Program-made: the position numbers and the translations under genes
Shown here: positions 38,130-47,760 of the stretch, piece by piece
Layout: each line of letters opens with the position of its first letter
How positions within the stretch are numbered: the first letter of the stretch is position 1
The notes under the pieces: generated by a model
What the model was told of the DNA's origin: nothing
Database searches by the model: none
The model's input: only the letters and a program-made list of their open reading frames with translations
NCBI GenBank assembly: GCA_965204735.1
Contig: OZ242008.1
Location: forward strand, 3,936,001-4,000,000
DNA: 64,000 nucleotides
Direction: 5' to 3'
From: Longimicrobiales bacterium
Lineage (GTDB): Bacteria; Gemmatimonadota; Gemmatimonadetes; Longimicrobiales; Gaopeijiaceae

Positions 38130-39240
38130 TGACGGGCCCTCTGCCGGCGACCGCCGACTCCTCCGGCGCCGCCGCGTCGGCCCGCCCGTCGAGGAAGAGC
38201 CGTCCACGTCCTTCGGCCTCGGCGTACACGTGGTCGTAGAGGGTCGAGGCGTCCGGCATGGGCGAGGCGTCCGCGAAGTCGGCGGCGTCCTGGCAAACCG
38301 CCTTCACCTCGGCGTCGACGGCCTCGAGGGCCTTCTGGTCCAGCAGGCCCGCGTCCGTCATGCGGTCCCGGAGCAGCGCGATCGGGTCCCTCTCCTTCAG
38401 CTGCCTGTCGAGCTCCTCCTTGGAGCGGTAGGTGCCCGACACGGGGTCCGACATGGAGTGGCCTCGGAAGCGGCAGGTCAGCGCGTTCACGAACTGGGGT
38501 CCCGCCCCGTCCCGCACCTTCTCCGCTAGCCGGGCAAAGAAGTCGTGGGTCCCCAGGACGTCCTGCCCGTCTATTGTGTGGGCCGGGATTCCGTAGGCTG
38601 CCGAGCGCTCCTCCATCTTGGTGACCGAGACGCGGGAGAACGCCGTGCCCATGCCGTAGCCGTTGTTCTCGACGACGTAGATCACCGGCAGCCGCCAGAT
38701 CGCCGCCATGTTCAGCGACTCCAGGAACGCGCCTTGGTTGACGGCCGCGTCGCCCATGAAGCAGACGCACACTTCATCGCCGCCCCGGTACTTGATCGCC
38801 CACGCCAGTCCGGTGCCCAACGGTATCTGCCCGCCGACGATCCCGTGGCCGCCCATGAAGCCGACCTCGGTGTCGAAGAGGTGCATCGACCCGCCCCGTC
38901 CTCCGCAGCAGCCGTCCACCCTTCCGTAGAGCTCGGCCATGACGGCCCGGGGCGCGATCCCCTTGGCGATCGCCTGGGTGTGCTCCCGGTAGGCGGTGAT
39001 CACCAAGTCTTCCCGGCGCAGCGGCTTGATCGCGCCGGCGGCCAGCCCTTCCTGGCCGATGTGGATATGGCAAAACCCCCCGATCTTCCCTATCGAGTAC
39101 GCCTCTTCCGCCTTCTCCTCGAAGCGGCGGTAGAGGAGCATCTCGCGCAGAAGCGCGCGGAGCTGTTCCGGGGAGAAGCCTGCGATGCCCGACGCCGCGG
39201 CGCCTGCGGCGGGCGGGGCTTCCGGCGCTGCCGTTGCCAT
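38122..39240 (-). CDS. pdhA: Pyruvate dehydrogenase E1 alpha subunit
   Basis: GKIGGFCH, GRGGSMH, GDAAVNQG...ENN TPP motif, RFRGHSMSDP. Confidence 0.96.
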   Translation of the reverse strand: MATAAPEAPPAAGAAASGIAGFSPEQLRALLREMLLYRRFEEKAEEAYSIGKIGGFCHIHIGQEGLAAGAIKPLRREDLVITAYREHTQAIAKGIAPRAVMAELYGRVDGCCGGRGGSMHLFDTEVGFMGGHGIVGGQIPLGTGLAWAIKYRGGDEVCVCFMGDAAVNQGAFLESLNMAAIWRLPVIYVVENNGYGMGTAFSRVSVTKMEERSAAYGIPAHTIDGQDVLGTHDFFARLAEKVRDGAGPQFVNALTCRFRGHSMSDPVSGTYRSKEELDRQLKERDPIALLRDRMTDAGLLDQKALEAVDAEVKAVCQDAADFADASPMPDASTLYDHVYAEAEGRGRLFLDGRADAAAPEESAVAGRGPVNG

Positions 39241-39249
39241 GGCGACTGG

Positions 39250-40428
39250 TCAGCCTCCTGCTGCTGCTGTGGGTGGGTGCGACGGACGGACGGTCCGAAG
39301 GGGTATCAGCCGGGACGGCGACGACGGCGACGCCGCCGGTGCCGGAGGCGCGCAGGCGGCCAGCGCTTCTCGCCGGACCTCCGCCGGAGCCGGCACGTCG
39401 GCTTCGAGGACGGCCTGGATCGCGCCCGGGCCGCCGGCCTCCACCTCCCTGGCCTGCTCCTTGGCGTGGTAGCTGGAGCGGACCAGGGCTCCAGACTCCA
39501 CATGGCGGAAGCCGAACTCGCCTTCGCCCACCCGCTTCCACTCCCGAAACTCGTCGGGCGCGACCCATCGCGCCACTGGGATGTGCTGCTCGGACGGCCT
39601 CAGGTACTGGCCCAGGGTCAGGATGTCCACTGCCGCCGCCCGCAGGTCGGCCATCGCCTGGCGGATCTCGTTCTCGCGTTCCCCCATGCCCAGGATGATT
39701 CCCGTCTTGGTGAGCGTCCCGGGGTCGATCCGCTTGGCCGCCCCCAGGTACGAGATCGAGCGCCAGTAGCGCCCGCCCGGGCGCACGTCGGGGTGCAGCC
39801 GCTCCACCGTCTCCAGGTTGTGGCCCAGGATCGCGGGTCCGGCGGCCATGACCGTGCGCAGGGCCGCTTCGTCGCCCTTGAAGTCGGGGATCAGCACCTC
39901 CACGGAGCACTCCGGGAGCCGGCTTCGCACTTGCCGGATCGTCTCGGCGTAGATGCTGGCGCCGCCGTCGGCCAGCTCGTCCCGGTTGACCGACGTGATC
40001 ACCACGTGGTCCAGCTCCATGGCGGCGACGGTGTCGGCCACCCGTCGAGGCTCGTCCAGGTCCAGCTCGGTGGGCATCCCGTGGGCCACGGCGCAGTACT
40101 TGCAAGCCCTGGTGCACACGTCGCCCAGGATCATGAAGGTGGCGGTCCCCGCCTCCCAGCACTCGCCGATGTTGGGGCAACCGGCTTCTTCGCAGACGGT
40201 GTGGAGGGAGCGGCTCCGCATCAGCCTCTTGAGGCGGAGGTAGTTGGGACCCCCCGGCGACCGAACCTTCAGCCAGGACGGCTTCCGGGACGTGATGGGG
40301 ATCGTGTCCAGCCCTTCGTGGGCGCGTATCCGGGACGTGCCCTTGGGCTTGACTTGGCCCGTGTCCTTGCCCGCCGGGGCGTAGCCGCCCGGGGCAGTGC
40401 GGGTGGGACCTCGCGTCAATACCGTCAT
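39250..40428 (-). CDS. lipA: Lipoyl synthase
   Basis: KPSWLK, CEEAGCPNIGEC, CTRACKYC, GQYLRP, VRSSYHA. Confidence 0.97.
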   Translation of the reverse strand: MTVLTRGPTRTAPGGYAPAGKDTGQVKPKGTSRIRAHEGLDTIPITSRKPSWLKVRSPGGPNYLRLKRLMRSRSLHTVCEEAGCPNIGECWEAGTATFMILGDVCTRACKYCAVAHGMPTELDLDEPRRVADTVAAMELDHVVITSVNRDELADGGASIYAETIRQVRSRLPECSVEVLIPDFKGDEAALRTVMAAGPAILGHNLETVERLHPDVRPGGRYWRSISYLGAAKRIDPGTLTKTGIILGMGERENEIRQAMADLRAAAVDILTLGQYLRPSEQHIPVARWVAPDEFREWKRVGEGEFGFRHVESGALVRSSYHAKEQAREVEAGGPGAIQAVLEADVPAPAEVRREALAACAPPAPAASPSSPSRLIPLRTVRPSHPPTAAAGG

Positions 40429-40655
40429 GGCTCCTCAGGTCCGTCAGCGATCACAATCCAGCTGTCTTCGAATCCCACTGCGTCGAGAACCTGCCGAAAA
40501 CCTACTCGTTCGGGGCGTTCGCATATCGTGAATCGGCGAGCAGATCCCGGAACAGCCCGGATGATCGTAAACTGCGAGCCGCGCGGCTGCTCTCCAACGG
40601 GCCATGGACCTTCCCGTACCGTCGGGTTGCCCCGCAGCCGCACGTTGTCATGCAT
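40425..40655 (-). pseudogene. 76-aa ORF, probable in-frame internally deleted remnant of the cognate restriction endonuclease
   Basis: Its start overlaps the MTase end and its stop overlaps the lipA ATG (ATGA). Same A/T-richer style as the MTase. The endonuclease assignment rests on position and recalled motif similarity (QPxGSQFTI), unverified. Confidence 0.5.
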
Positions 40656-41715
40656 ATGCCGAAACCAGACTCTTGATGACGGCCTCGACGACAGGCACGG
40701 CGACTGCATTCCCGGTCAACCTGCGGGCGACCGATACCTGGGTCGGTATCTCGAACGAATCGGGAAAGCCTTGCAGACGAAACATTTCGCGCTCCGTGAG
40801 CCGTCGCTCTCCGTTCACCAAGAGGTAGTTGTAGCTGGCTCCTGCTCGCAATGCGCATGAGAACGGATGGCTCGACACGTTGCCGCCCTTGTTCTCGTGC
40901 CATATCGCCGGGCGGACAGCGGCGCGGTGCTTCGCGTGTCTTGATTTTCTAATGGCCTCGGACGCAAAGTGCTTCGGATCGGGGTCTGGTTCAAGCAGCT
41001 CGGCCAGATGCCTCATAGGAAGGCAGTTGATCGGCCACGGAAACTCTTCCTGGATGGGCCTGTCCATCGCCACGATGAATACCCGGCGTCGGCTCTGCGG
41101 CAGGCCAAAATGCAGAGCATTCAGTATGCTCCAGGCAACGCTGTACCCCATGCGCTCCAGCGCCCCGCGCACCCACTTGAACGCTTCGCCTTGGCGATTG
41201 GTGACAAACTGAGGAACGTTTTCGAGCACAACAGCCCGGGGCCGCTTGACGCGCAAGATTCGTTCTATGTGACCAAACAATGTGCCCCGGGCGTCGTTCA
41301 GTCCCTTCTGGTTGCCGATGATGCTGAACGGTTGGCAAGGGAAGCCCGCAAAGAGCATGTCGTGGTCGGGAACGTCCTGTGCGTCCACGCGAGCAATGTC
41401 GCCTGCCGGCTCAAGACCGAAGTTGCGCTTGTACCACTCCCTGGCAATCGGGTCGATTTCGCATGCGAACACGGATTTCATGCCCTGCTTGGAAGCCGCC
41501 ACGTGAAACCCGCCGATTCCGCAAAACATGTCGACGAATGTCTTCAAGTCGGCGACAGCTTCCAGCCTTCCGTCCCGGGGTTCCGACGGCGGCTGCACGG
41601 CGATCCCCAGAAGTTCAGGTTCCAGTGTTGGGGGTGTCTCAGCCTTCCCCTTGACTCGCGGGGAAACCGGACCCTGCGATGGCGCCCCTCCGCTGGCAGG
41701 CGACTTCGGGCGCAC
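40648..41715 (-). CDS. DNA (cytosine-5)-methyltransferase, apparently orphan
   Basis: Motif I DMFCGIGG, IV GFPCQPFS, VI ENV, VIII QSRRRVFI, IX RRLTERE..RLQGFP, X GNAV. Start uncertain. Confidence 0.95.
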   Translation of the reverse strand: MRPKSPASGGAPSQGPVSPRVKGKAETPPTLEPELLGIAVQPPSEPRDGRLEAVADLKTFVDMFCGIGGFHVAASKQGMKSVFACEIDPIAREWYKRNFGLEPAGDIARVDAQDVPDHDMLFAGFPCQPFSIIGNQKGLNDARGTLFGHIERILRVKRPRAVVLENVPQFVTNRQGEAFKWVRGALERMGYSVAWSILNALHFGLPQSRRRVFIVAMDRPIQEEFPWPINCLPMRHLAELLEPDPDPKHFASEAIRKSRHAKHRAAVRPAIWHENKGGNVSSHPFSCALRAGASYNYLLVNGERRLTEREMFRLQGFPDSFEIPTQVSVARRLTGNAVAVPVVEAVIKSLVSAYA

Positions 41716-41967
41716 AGGCCTGCGGGCCCGCGGAAACCGTTGATGAGCGTGTGCGTGGTTGACGGCTAGTTGCTCCTTCGATCGGTGGTCCTCAGACGCT
41801 CGCGACCAAACTTACGCGGGCCTCTGCGCAGGGGGCGAAAATGCCTGCGGGAGTGTCGGGTCGCCGGCGTCGGTCGCGGCCGGAGTCACGCCCAAAGTTA
41901 GCACCCTCGCCCCACCGCCGGAAGTGTCCAGCCCGCCGGGCTGTGCCGACCTCGTCCGTCGCCAGCC

Positions 41968-43125
41968 CTACCACCCCCGCAGGACGTACCCGACGCCCAG
42001 GCCCAGGTACGTTCCAACCGCGTAGCCCAGGAGCCCCACGACCACCCCCGGCAGCACGAGGTGGCGCCACTCGCGGGAGACGGCCACGGCCAGGGCGCTG
42101 GACGGCCCGCCCACCGACGCTTGGGACGCCACGGCGATCGAGCCCATGTCCAGACGCAGCAGCTTGCCGACGCCGAAGACGAAGACCCCGTGCACTCCGA
42201 CCACGATCAGCGTGAAGAAGAGGACTTCGAGCCCGACGGCGGCGATCTCCGAGAAGCGCGAGAGGACGCCGATCAGCACGAAGAAGAAGTGAAGGCCCAC
42301 CGCGCCCAGCTGCATCGCGCCGGGCGCTTCCCGGAAGAGGGGAGTGTGGCCGAGAAGCAGCGCCAGCGTCGTCAGCCAGAGGATCGCCGGGACGCTGGGC
42401 ACGGCGCGGCCCAGCCCCTCCGAGGCGACCAGGAGGGCCAGGCCGGCGGCGAAGAGGCCGGCCGTTCGGGCAGCGGACACTCCCTCCGGAGCGAAGTAGG
42501 GGTGGTGCTGGTGGCGGTTCGCCGAGCCGCTGGGCGCGGGGGCCGACGCCATCGAGGCGGGCGGCGGCGGAGTCGTGGCGGGCCGGTAGAAGCGTCGGAG
42601 CCAGACCGGAAGCATGAGGGTGGCGGCGAGCCAGAGGCCGGTGACCACGTTGTCGGCTGCGGTCGCGCCGGCAAAGAGGGGACCCGAGAGCCCGACGGCC
42701 CGGCCCACCGAGATGAAGTTCACGGAGCCGCCGGAGTAGGTCCCGGTCATCGCGGCGGCCAAGCGCCAAGTGTCGTCGCCGAAGTGGGCTTGGTAGACGG
42801 CCGTCGCCGCGAACGCCCCGAGCGTCGTGCCCGCCACCGCGACCCCGAAGGCGCCGACCATCGGGAGCCCGGCCTTCTTGAGGTCGCCCAGGTTCACCGA
42901 CAGCAGGAGCCAGGCGATCGCCAGCGAGGTGACGGGACCGAGGACGGCGTCGTAGACGGGGGAGGAGGCGGGGACTGCGCCGGTGTTCGACAGGAGCGCG
43001 CCGAAGACGATCGCCAGCAGCGACGCGCCCACCTTCCCCAGCGCAGCGAAGCGCCAGTCCAGCCAGAACGCCAGGGCGGTGGCGGCGGCTATGACCGCGC
43101 ACAGCGCCAGGGGCGAGCGAATCAC
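41968..43125 (-). CDS. DUF819-family membrane protein
   Basis: GTYSGGSVNF, AADN, ASQASVGGPSSA, GLLGYAVGTYLG. Confidence 0.88.
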   Translation of the reverse strand: MIRSPLALCAVIAAATALAFWLDWRFAALGKVGASLLAIVFGALLSNTGAVPASSPVYDAVLGPVTSLAIAWLLLSVNLGDLKKAGLPMVGAFGVAVAGTTLGAFAATAVYQAHFGDDTWRLAAAMTGTYSGGSVNFISVGRAVGLSGPLFAGATAADNVVTGLWLAATLMLPVWLRRFYRPATTPPPPASMASAPAPSGSANRHQHHPYFAPEGVSAARTAGLFAAGLALLVASEGLGRAVPSVPAILWLTTLALLLGHTPLFREAPGAMQLGAVGLHFFFVLIGVLSRFSEIAAVGLEVLFFTLIVVGVHGVFVFGVGKLLRLDMGSIAVASQASVGGPSSALAVAVSREWRHLVLPGVVVGLLGYAVGTYLGLGVGYVLRGW

Positions 43126-43141
43126 GCGGCGACGGCGGGGG

Positions 43142-44074
43142 TCACGGGGCGCCCGCCAAGTACTCGCGGGCCTCAACCAGCAGCGCCGCCAGGAGGTCCG
43201 GGTGGCCCTCCTCCATGCTGACGTACTCGGTCAGGCCCGTTTGGATTTCGGCGTCGTACGCGTCGACAAAGCTGCGGTAGTGAGACTCCGCCCGGGCCGA
43301 GTCGCCCAGCGCCAGCGCCGCTTGCGCCGCCGCCGAGAGGCACAGCAGGTGGGTGGGCCGAACCGCCAGCCCTTCCTCGGCCACCGCCAGCGCCTGGGCG
43401 GCGGCGCCCGCGGCGGCGTGAAGGAGGGAGAGGTGGAAGCGGTCGTCCAGCGTGAGAGGGCCGACCCGGTCGAAGGCGGCGACCGCCATGGGAAGGAACC
43501 GGTCGGCCTCGTTCTGGTTCCCCGCCTCCACGGCCGTCATGACCCGGTTGAAGAGCCGCAGCGCGGCCTCCCGTGGGGTCATGGAGGAGAGGTCCACGGC
43601 GGAGGTGGGCCCCAGCGGCGCGGGCGCGCTCGAGGGCGGGGACGCCGGCACTCCGTCGGTTGCGGGCTCTCCTGGGCCGCCGGCACGGAAAACCACGACC
43701 GCCGCGACCACGGCGAGCGCGCCCACGACGACGGCCGCGCCCGCTCTGGTCCCGCTTCGGCTCCAACCCGACGCCGGGGCGCCGAGAGGCGTCCGCGCGC
43801 GGGGAGGCTGGCCCTGGAGGGGCGCGCCGCCGGTCCCGACCTTGGCAGCGCCGCCGGCGGCGACGGGCAGCGACGCCCCGCACTGCGTGCAGAACCGGTC
43901 GGCGCCACCCGAGGCGGCGCCGCACGCCGGGCAAGGAGGCCCTTGGAGGGCCCCGCCGCACGCCGGGCAGAAGTTGGCGTCGGACGGCACGTCGCCGGAG
44001 CAGTGGGGACACGACGCCCGGCCGCTCTCCGGCAACGGCGTCCCTGCCGCCTCCGGCTCGGCCTCTCCCGTCAC
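43142..44074 (-). CDS. Double zinc ribbon + TM + TPR-like membrane-anchored protein
   Basis: CPHC..FCPACG..CPACG..FCTQCG, one TM helix, helical C-terminal domain. GTGA overlap with the M14 gene. Confidence 0.75.
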   Translation of the reverse strand: MTGEAEPEAAGTPLPESGRASCPHCSGDVPSDANFCPACGGALQGPPCPACGAASGGADRFCTQCGASLPVAAGGAAKVGTGGAPLQGQPPRARTPLGAPASGWSRSGTRAGAAVVVGALAVVAAVVVFRAGGPGEPATDGVPASPPSSAPAPLGPTSAVDLSSMTPREAALRLFNRVMTAVEAGNQNEADRFLPMAVAAFDRVGPLTLDDRFHLSLLHAAAGAAAQALAVAEEGLAVRPTHLLCLSAAAQAALALGDSARAESHYRSFVDAYDAEIQTGLTEYVSMEEGHPDLLAALLVEAREYLAGAP

Positions 44075-46383
44075 TCGGGCCCCCGACCCGCGAGCGCGTT
44101 GAAGAACAGGGGCCAAGTCACGATGCTTTGGCCCCGGTAGTTGGGCTGGAAGCCGAAGAGGACGACTTCGCCGTCGCCGATCCGCGCCCGCAGAAGCGCG
44201 GGCCGGCCCGCCAGCCGGTCGGGGCCCAGCACCCAGCCGGCGACCACGGGGTCGGCGCCGTACCGGCCCACCACTTCGACCCGTTCGTCTTCCACGGCGA
44301 AGGCCCGGCTGCTCCGCCAGTACCAGACGGGCGTGGAGCCGTCGTAGCCCGCGGACAGCGGGTCGTCCGCCAGTTCGACCCGCAGCAAAGAGCCCGGCAC
44401 GTAGAACTCGGTGTTCGGCAAGCCCGCAACGGGGTTCGTCACACCCAGTCCGAAGAGGTCCACGGCGAACTCCGCGGCCTCCTCCACCACCACCATCCGC
44501 CCACCGGCCTCCACGAACTCCCTCACGGCGTCGCTGCCGTCTTCGCCCAGGCCGCCGGTGTACTGCTCGGGCAACGATCCCGGGGGGTGTCCCATTCGGA
44601 TCGATGCCGCCGACTGGCTTTGGAAGAGCAGCACGTCGTAGTCGTCTTCAAGGCCGCCGGCGCGGATGCGGGCGTCGTGAAGGGTGTCGTAGCGCAGCTC
44701 GTGCTGATCAAGCATCCACCGGGTCCACCCTGCCGGCATCGTTTCCCGGTGTCCCTTGTACACGCCCACCCGAGGCGCATTCTCGCCCGAAAGGGTCGCC
44801 GGCAGCTCGTAGGCCACCACGGGCGCCGAGATCGGCTCGCCCAGCGCCACGTCCGGCGCGGCGTCGAGCGCGTGCGCCTCCACGCCCATGAGCAGGGGCA
44901 GGGCGTGGGCCGTGACGTCGTAGGGTCGCTTCGGCGGTCCCCCCGGGTACTCCCGCAGGTCCGGGTACTCCTGCTCGACCAGGAGAGTCTGCGCGAAGGA
45001 AGCCCACGGCTGCCGCATGAGCACCACGTGGGACCCGGCCGGGTACGACCTGCCGCCCGCCTCGAACGACGCCTCCGCCGGACGCACCTCCACGTCCCCC
45101 ATGGCCAGGATGCGCAGGACGCTCTCCAGCCCCACCCGGTTCCCCTGCTCGGCCGGGATCGCCCAGGCGGCGGGCCACTCGTCCCAGCCCTCCACCGCCC
45201 GCTGCGTCACCCGATGGAAGTTCTCCAGCCAGAAGCACCGGTTGCGCGCTACGTTGGAGAGCAGCGCCATCGCCCCGGCGAACTGGTACTCGACGATCTC
45301 GGGCAACCCCCATTCCCCCCCGCGCCACGGCCAGGGGAAGTTCCACGCGGCCTGGGCGGCGTCGTACTCCCGGCCGCCCCGGACCGTCTCGGCCGGCACG
45401 TCCACCGTCGTGGCCAAGCGCGCCGAAGCCGTCTCGCTGAGGATGCGCGCGCCCCCGTGATAGTGCATGTAGGCCCGCCCGGGGTGGAAGCCGTCAAAGA
45501 TGGCGTTGACGACCACTCCCTTCTTTCCTTGCGAAACGAGCTCCGCCGCCATCCAGGTCCCCAGCTGGTTCACGGCCGACACGAGCGCCGGGTCGACGTT
45601 CGGCTCCATCGGGTCGATGTAGGCCGGAAAGAACATCCGCGCGCCGCCGCCGCCCATCTGGTGGATGTCGTGGACGACCTGCGGGTGCCACTCGTTCTGG
45701 GCCCGCACCGTGTGCTGGGTCTCCTTCTGGTAGAAGGTGTACCAGTCCCGGTTGTTGTCGTGGCCCGTGTAGAAGTGGTAGAGCCACGGCGGCGGGCTCC
45801 CGTCGAAGGCCGTTCCCGCGTGCTCGTTGTAGAAGTCGTTGACCCACTGCGTGCCGTCGGGGTTGAGCGACGGGATCTGGAGCACGATCACGTTGTCCAG
45901 TATCTCCATCGTCTTCTCGTCGGTGGCGGACGCCAGCCGATGTGCCAGCTTCGCCGCCGACTGGCTGGTGCCGACTTCGGTCGAGTGGATGGCGTGTGTG
46001 ATCATCACCACCGTGCGGCCTTCCTCCAGCAAGGCCTCGAGCTCCGCTTCGCCCTCGGCCCCGTCGGCGTGCGTGCGGGGGTCGGCCAGCCGCAGCTGCA
46101 CCTCCTTGAGGCGGTCCAGGCGGCGGTGGTTCTCCGGGCTGGTGATCGTGAGCATGACGAAGGGCCGTCCCGCCGTGGAGAACCCGAGGGTGTCCACCGC
46201 GACCCGGTCCCCGGCGCGAGCCAAGGCTTCGTAGTACGCCGAGAGCTCGTCCCAGTTGGCCAACTTGCCGGCAGCGCCCATGGCGAAGCCGAAGTGGTCG
46301 GCGGGGGACGGGACTTGGGGGACTTGGCCTCCGCACGCCGCGACGGACGCGGTCCACGCGGCGACGAGCAGCGATGCGCGCAT
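44071..46383 (-). CDS. M14-family zinc carboxypeptidase lipoprotein
   Basis: Lipobox VAAC, IHSTE, NPDG, GHDNNRD, DIHQMG, PYDVTA, C-terminal GATase-like domain. Confidence 0.9.
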   Translation of the reverse strand: MRASLLVAAWTASVAACGGQVPQVPSPADHFGFAMGAAGKLANWDELSAYYEALARAGDRVAVDTLGFSTAGRPFVMLTITSPENHRRLDRLKEVQLRLADPRTHADGAEGEAELEALLEEGRTVVMITHAIHSTEVGTSQSAAKLAHRLASATDEKTMEILDNVIVLQIPSLNPDGTQWVNDFYNEHAGTAFDGSPPPWLYHFYTGHDNNRDWYTFYQKETQHTVRAQNEWHPQVVHDIHQMGGGGARMFFPAYIDPMEPNVDPALVSAVNQLGTWMAAELVSQGKKGVVVNAIFDGFHPGRAYMHYHGGARILSETASARLATTVDVPAETVRGGREYDAAQAAWNFPWPWRGGEWGLPEIVEYQFAGAMALLSNVARNRCFWLENFHRVTQRAVEGWDEWPAAWAIPAEQGNRVGLESVLRILAMGDVEVRPAEASFEAGGRSYPAGSHVVLMRQPWASFAQTLLVEQEYPDLREYPGGPPKRPYDVTAHALPLLMGVEAHALDAAPDVALGEPISAPVVAYELPATLSGENAPRVGVYKGHRETMPAGWTRWMLDQHELRYDTLHDARIRAGGLEDDYDVLLFQSQSAASIRMGHPPGSLPEQYTGGLGEDGSDAVREFVEAGGRMVVVEEAAEFAVDLFGLGVTNPVAGLPNTEFYVPGSLLRVELADDPLSAGYDGSTPVWYWRSSRAFAVEDERVEVVGRYGADPVVAGWVLGPDRLAGRPALLRARIGDGEVVLFGFQPNYRGQSIVTWPLFFNALAGRGPE

Positions 46384-46481
46384 TCGGCGCTTCTCCGTTT
46401 TTTGTGGGTGAAGGGGTATGGCCAGGGGCCGGCAGGCGCCTCCGCCGTGGCGGGCCGCCGTGGCCCACCGCACCGTCGTGT

Positions 46482-47243
46482 CTACAGGCCGGTAGGCAGC
46501 TCCGCGAACATCGTCTCGACACCGAACCTTTCCTGCAACTTCGCGGCCACGGCCTTGACGCCCCACGTCTCGGTAGCGTAATGGCCGCCCAGGAAGACCG
46601 TGACCCCCAGCTCGGCGGCCTCGATGGCGTGGTGGTGCTGGGCTTCGCCGGTCACGAGCGCGTCCAGCCCCTTGGCCGCCGCTTCGTCCAGCATCGACGC
46701 GCCGGCCCCGGTCACCACCGCCACGCGGGCGATCCTTTCCGGCCCCCCCGGCAGGACGCGCACGGGACCGTCCAGCACGGTCTCCATCTTTGCGGCGAGC
46801 GTCGCCACCGAAGCGCCGACCCGGCCCATCCAGCCCACCGCCGCCCCCTTGTACTCCCCGAACGGCGTCAGCTCCGCCAACCCCAGCGCGCGGGCCAGCA
46901 GGGCGCAGTTGCCGACCTCCGGGTGAGCGTCGAGCGGCAGGTGGACGCTGTACAGCGCGACACCCCCCTTGATCAGCGCTTCGACCTTGCGGAACCGCCG
47001 TCCCGTCAGCGGCCGCACCCCGTCCCAGAAGATGCCGTGGTGGACCAGAAGCAGCTCCGCCCGCCACGCCGCGGCCTCTCGGACTGCCGCTTCGCTGGCG
47101 TCCACCGCCGCCACGACCCGCCGGACCGGACCCGGTCCCTCGACCTGGAGCCCGTTGAGCGCGCCGGCGTAGTCGGGAACGCTGTCCACGTCCAAGTAGT
47201 CGTCCAGGTAGGCGACGACCTCCCGCAGGGGAACGGCTGCCAC
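46482..47243 (-). CDS. Nif3/YbgI-like dinuclear metal centre protein
   Basis: NGLQVEG, VHHG, HLPLDAHPEVGN, TGE, GHYATE. Confidence 0.94.
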   Translation of the reverse strand: MAAVPLREVVAYLDDYLDVDSVPDYAGALNGLQVEGPGPVRRVVAAVDASEAAVREAAAWRAELLLVHHGIFWDGVRPLTGRRFRKVEALIKGGVALYSVHLPLDAHPEVGNCALLARALGLAELTPFGEYKGAAVGWMGRVGASVATLAAKMETVLDGPVRVLPGGPERIARVAVVTGAGASMLDEAAAKGLDALVTGEAQHHHAIEAAELGVTVFLGGHYATETWGVKAVAAKLQERFGVETMFAELPTGL

Positions 47244-47261
47244 TTGCCGTCCGTTCCGTCC

Positions 47262-47708
47262 CTACTTTCGACCTCTGCGCTTCCGGTCCTGTTCGGCGAC
47301 CACCGGCGGGCCCGGGCTTCCCGACCCTTCCGGAGCCGCCGCCTCCTGGCTTCGGCCCACGGCCACGGTGCCGTTCAGGATTCCCCCTTCGTCCAGCTTC
47401 AGCCGCGCCGCCTGTATCTCGCCGTCGATCCTGCAGGTCGATTGGAGTTCCAGTCGAGAGTGGACGTGAACCGCTCCCGCGACGCTTCCCGCGATCACGG
47501 CGTCCTGGGTCAGCACGTCTCCGGTCACCCGTCCGTCCTTCCCGATCACCACTGCCTTGTCGGCGTGCACGGAGCCTTCCACGACGCCTTCGATCCGAAC
47601 CGTGTCCGTCGTCACGCAGTCGCCGACGACCTTCATGCCCTGTCCGATGATCGACATGACGTGCTCGGGGGCTGCTGGTACGTTGCGGGGGTTCTTTGCC
47701 TTTGCCAT
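47262..47708 (-). CDS. Bactofilin (polymer-forming cytoskeletal protein)
   Basis: SIIGQGMKVVGD..VRIEGVVEGSV..IGKDGRVTGDV..IAGSVAG..IDGEI..LDEGGILNG beta-helix pattern. AGGAGG RBS. Confidence 0.92.
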   Translation of the reverse strand: MAKAKNPRNVPAAPEHVMSIIGQGMKVVGDCVTTDTVRIEGVVEGSVHADKAVVIGKDGRVTGDVLTQDAVIAGSVAGAVHVHSRLELQSTCRIDGEIQAARLKLDEGGILNGTVAVGRSQEAAAPEGSGSPGPPVVAEQDRKRRGRK

Positions 47709-47760
47709 CGGGCTGTCGTGCCTCCTTTGGGGGAATCGATCCTCGGGTTTCTGCTTGGTC

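Noticed and set aside
40464..40480. TTCGAATCCC resembling a tRNA T-loop or integration site beside the MTase
   Set aside because: No T-stem pairing, no cloverleaf and no second copy found. It lies within the 76-aa ORF.
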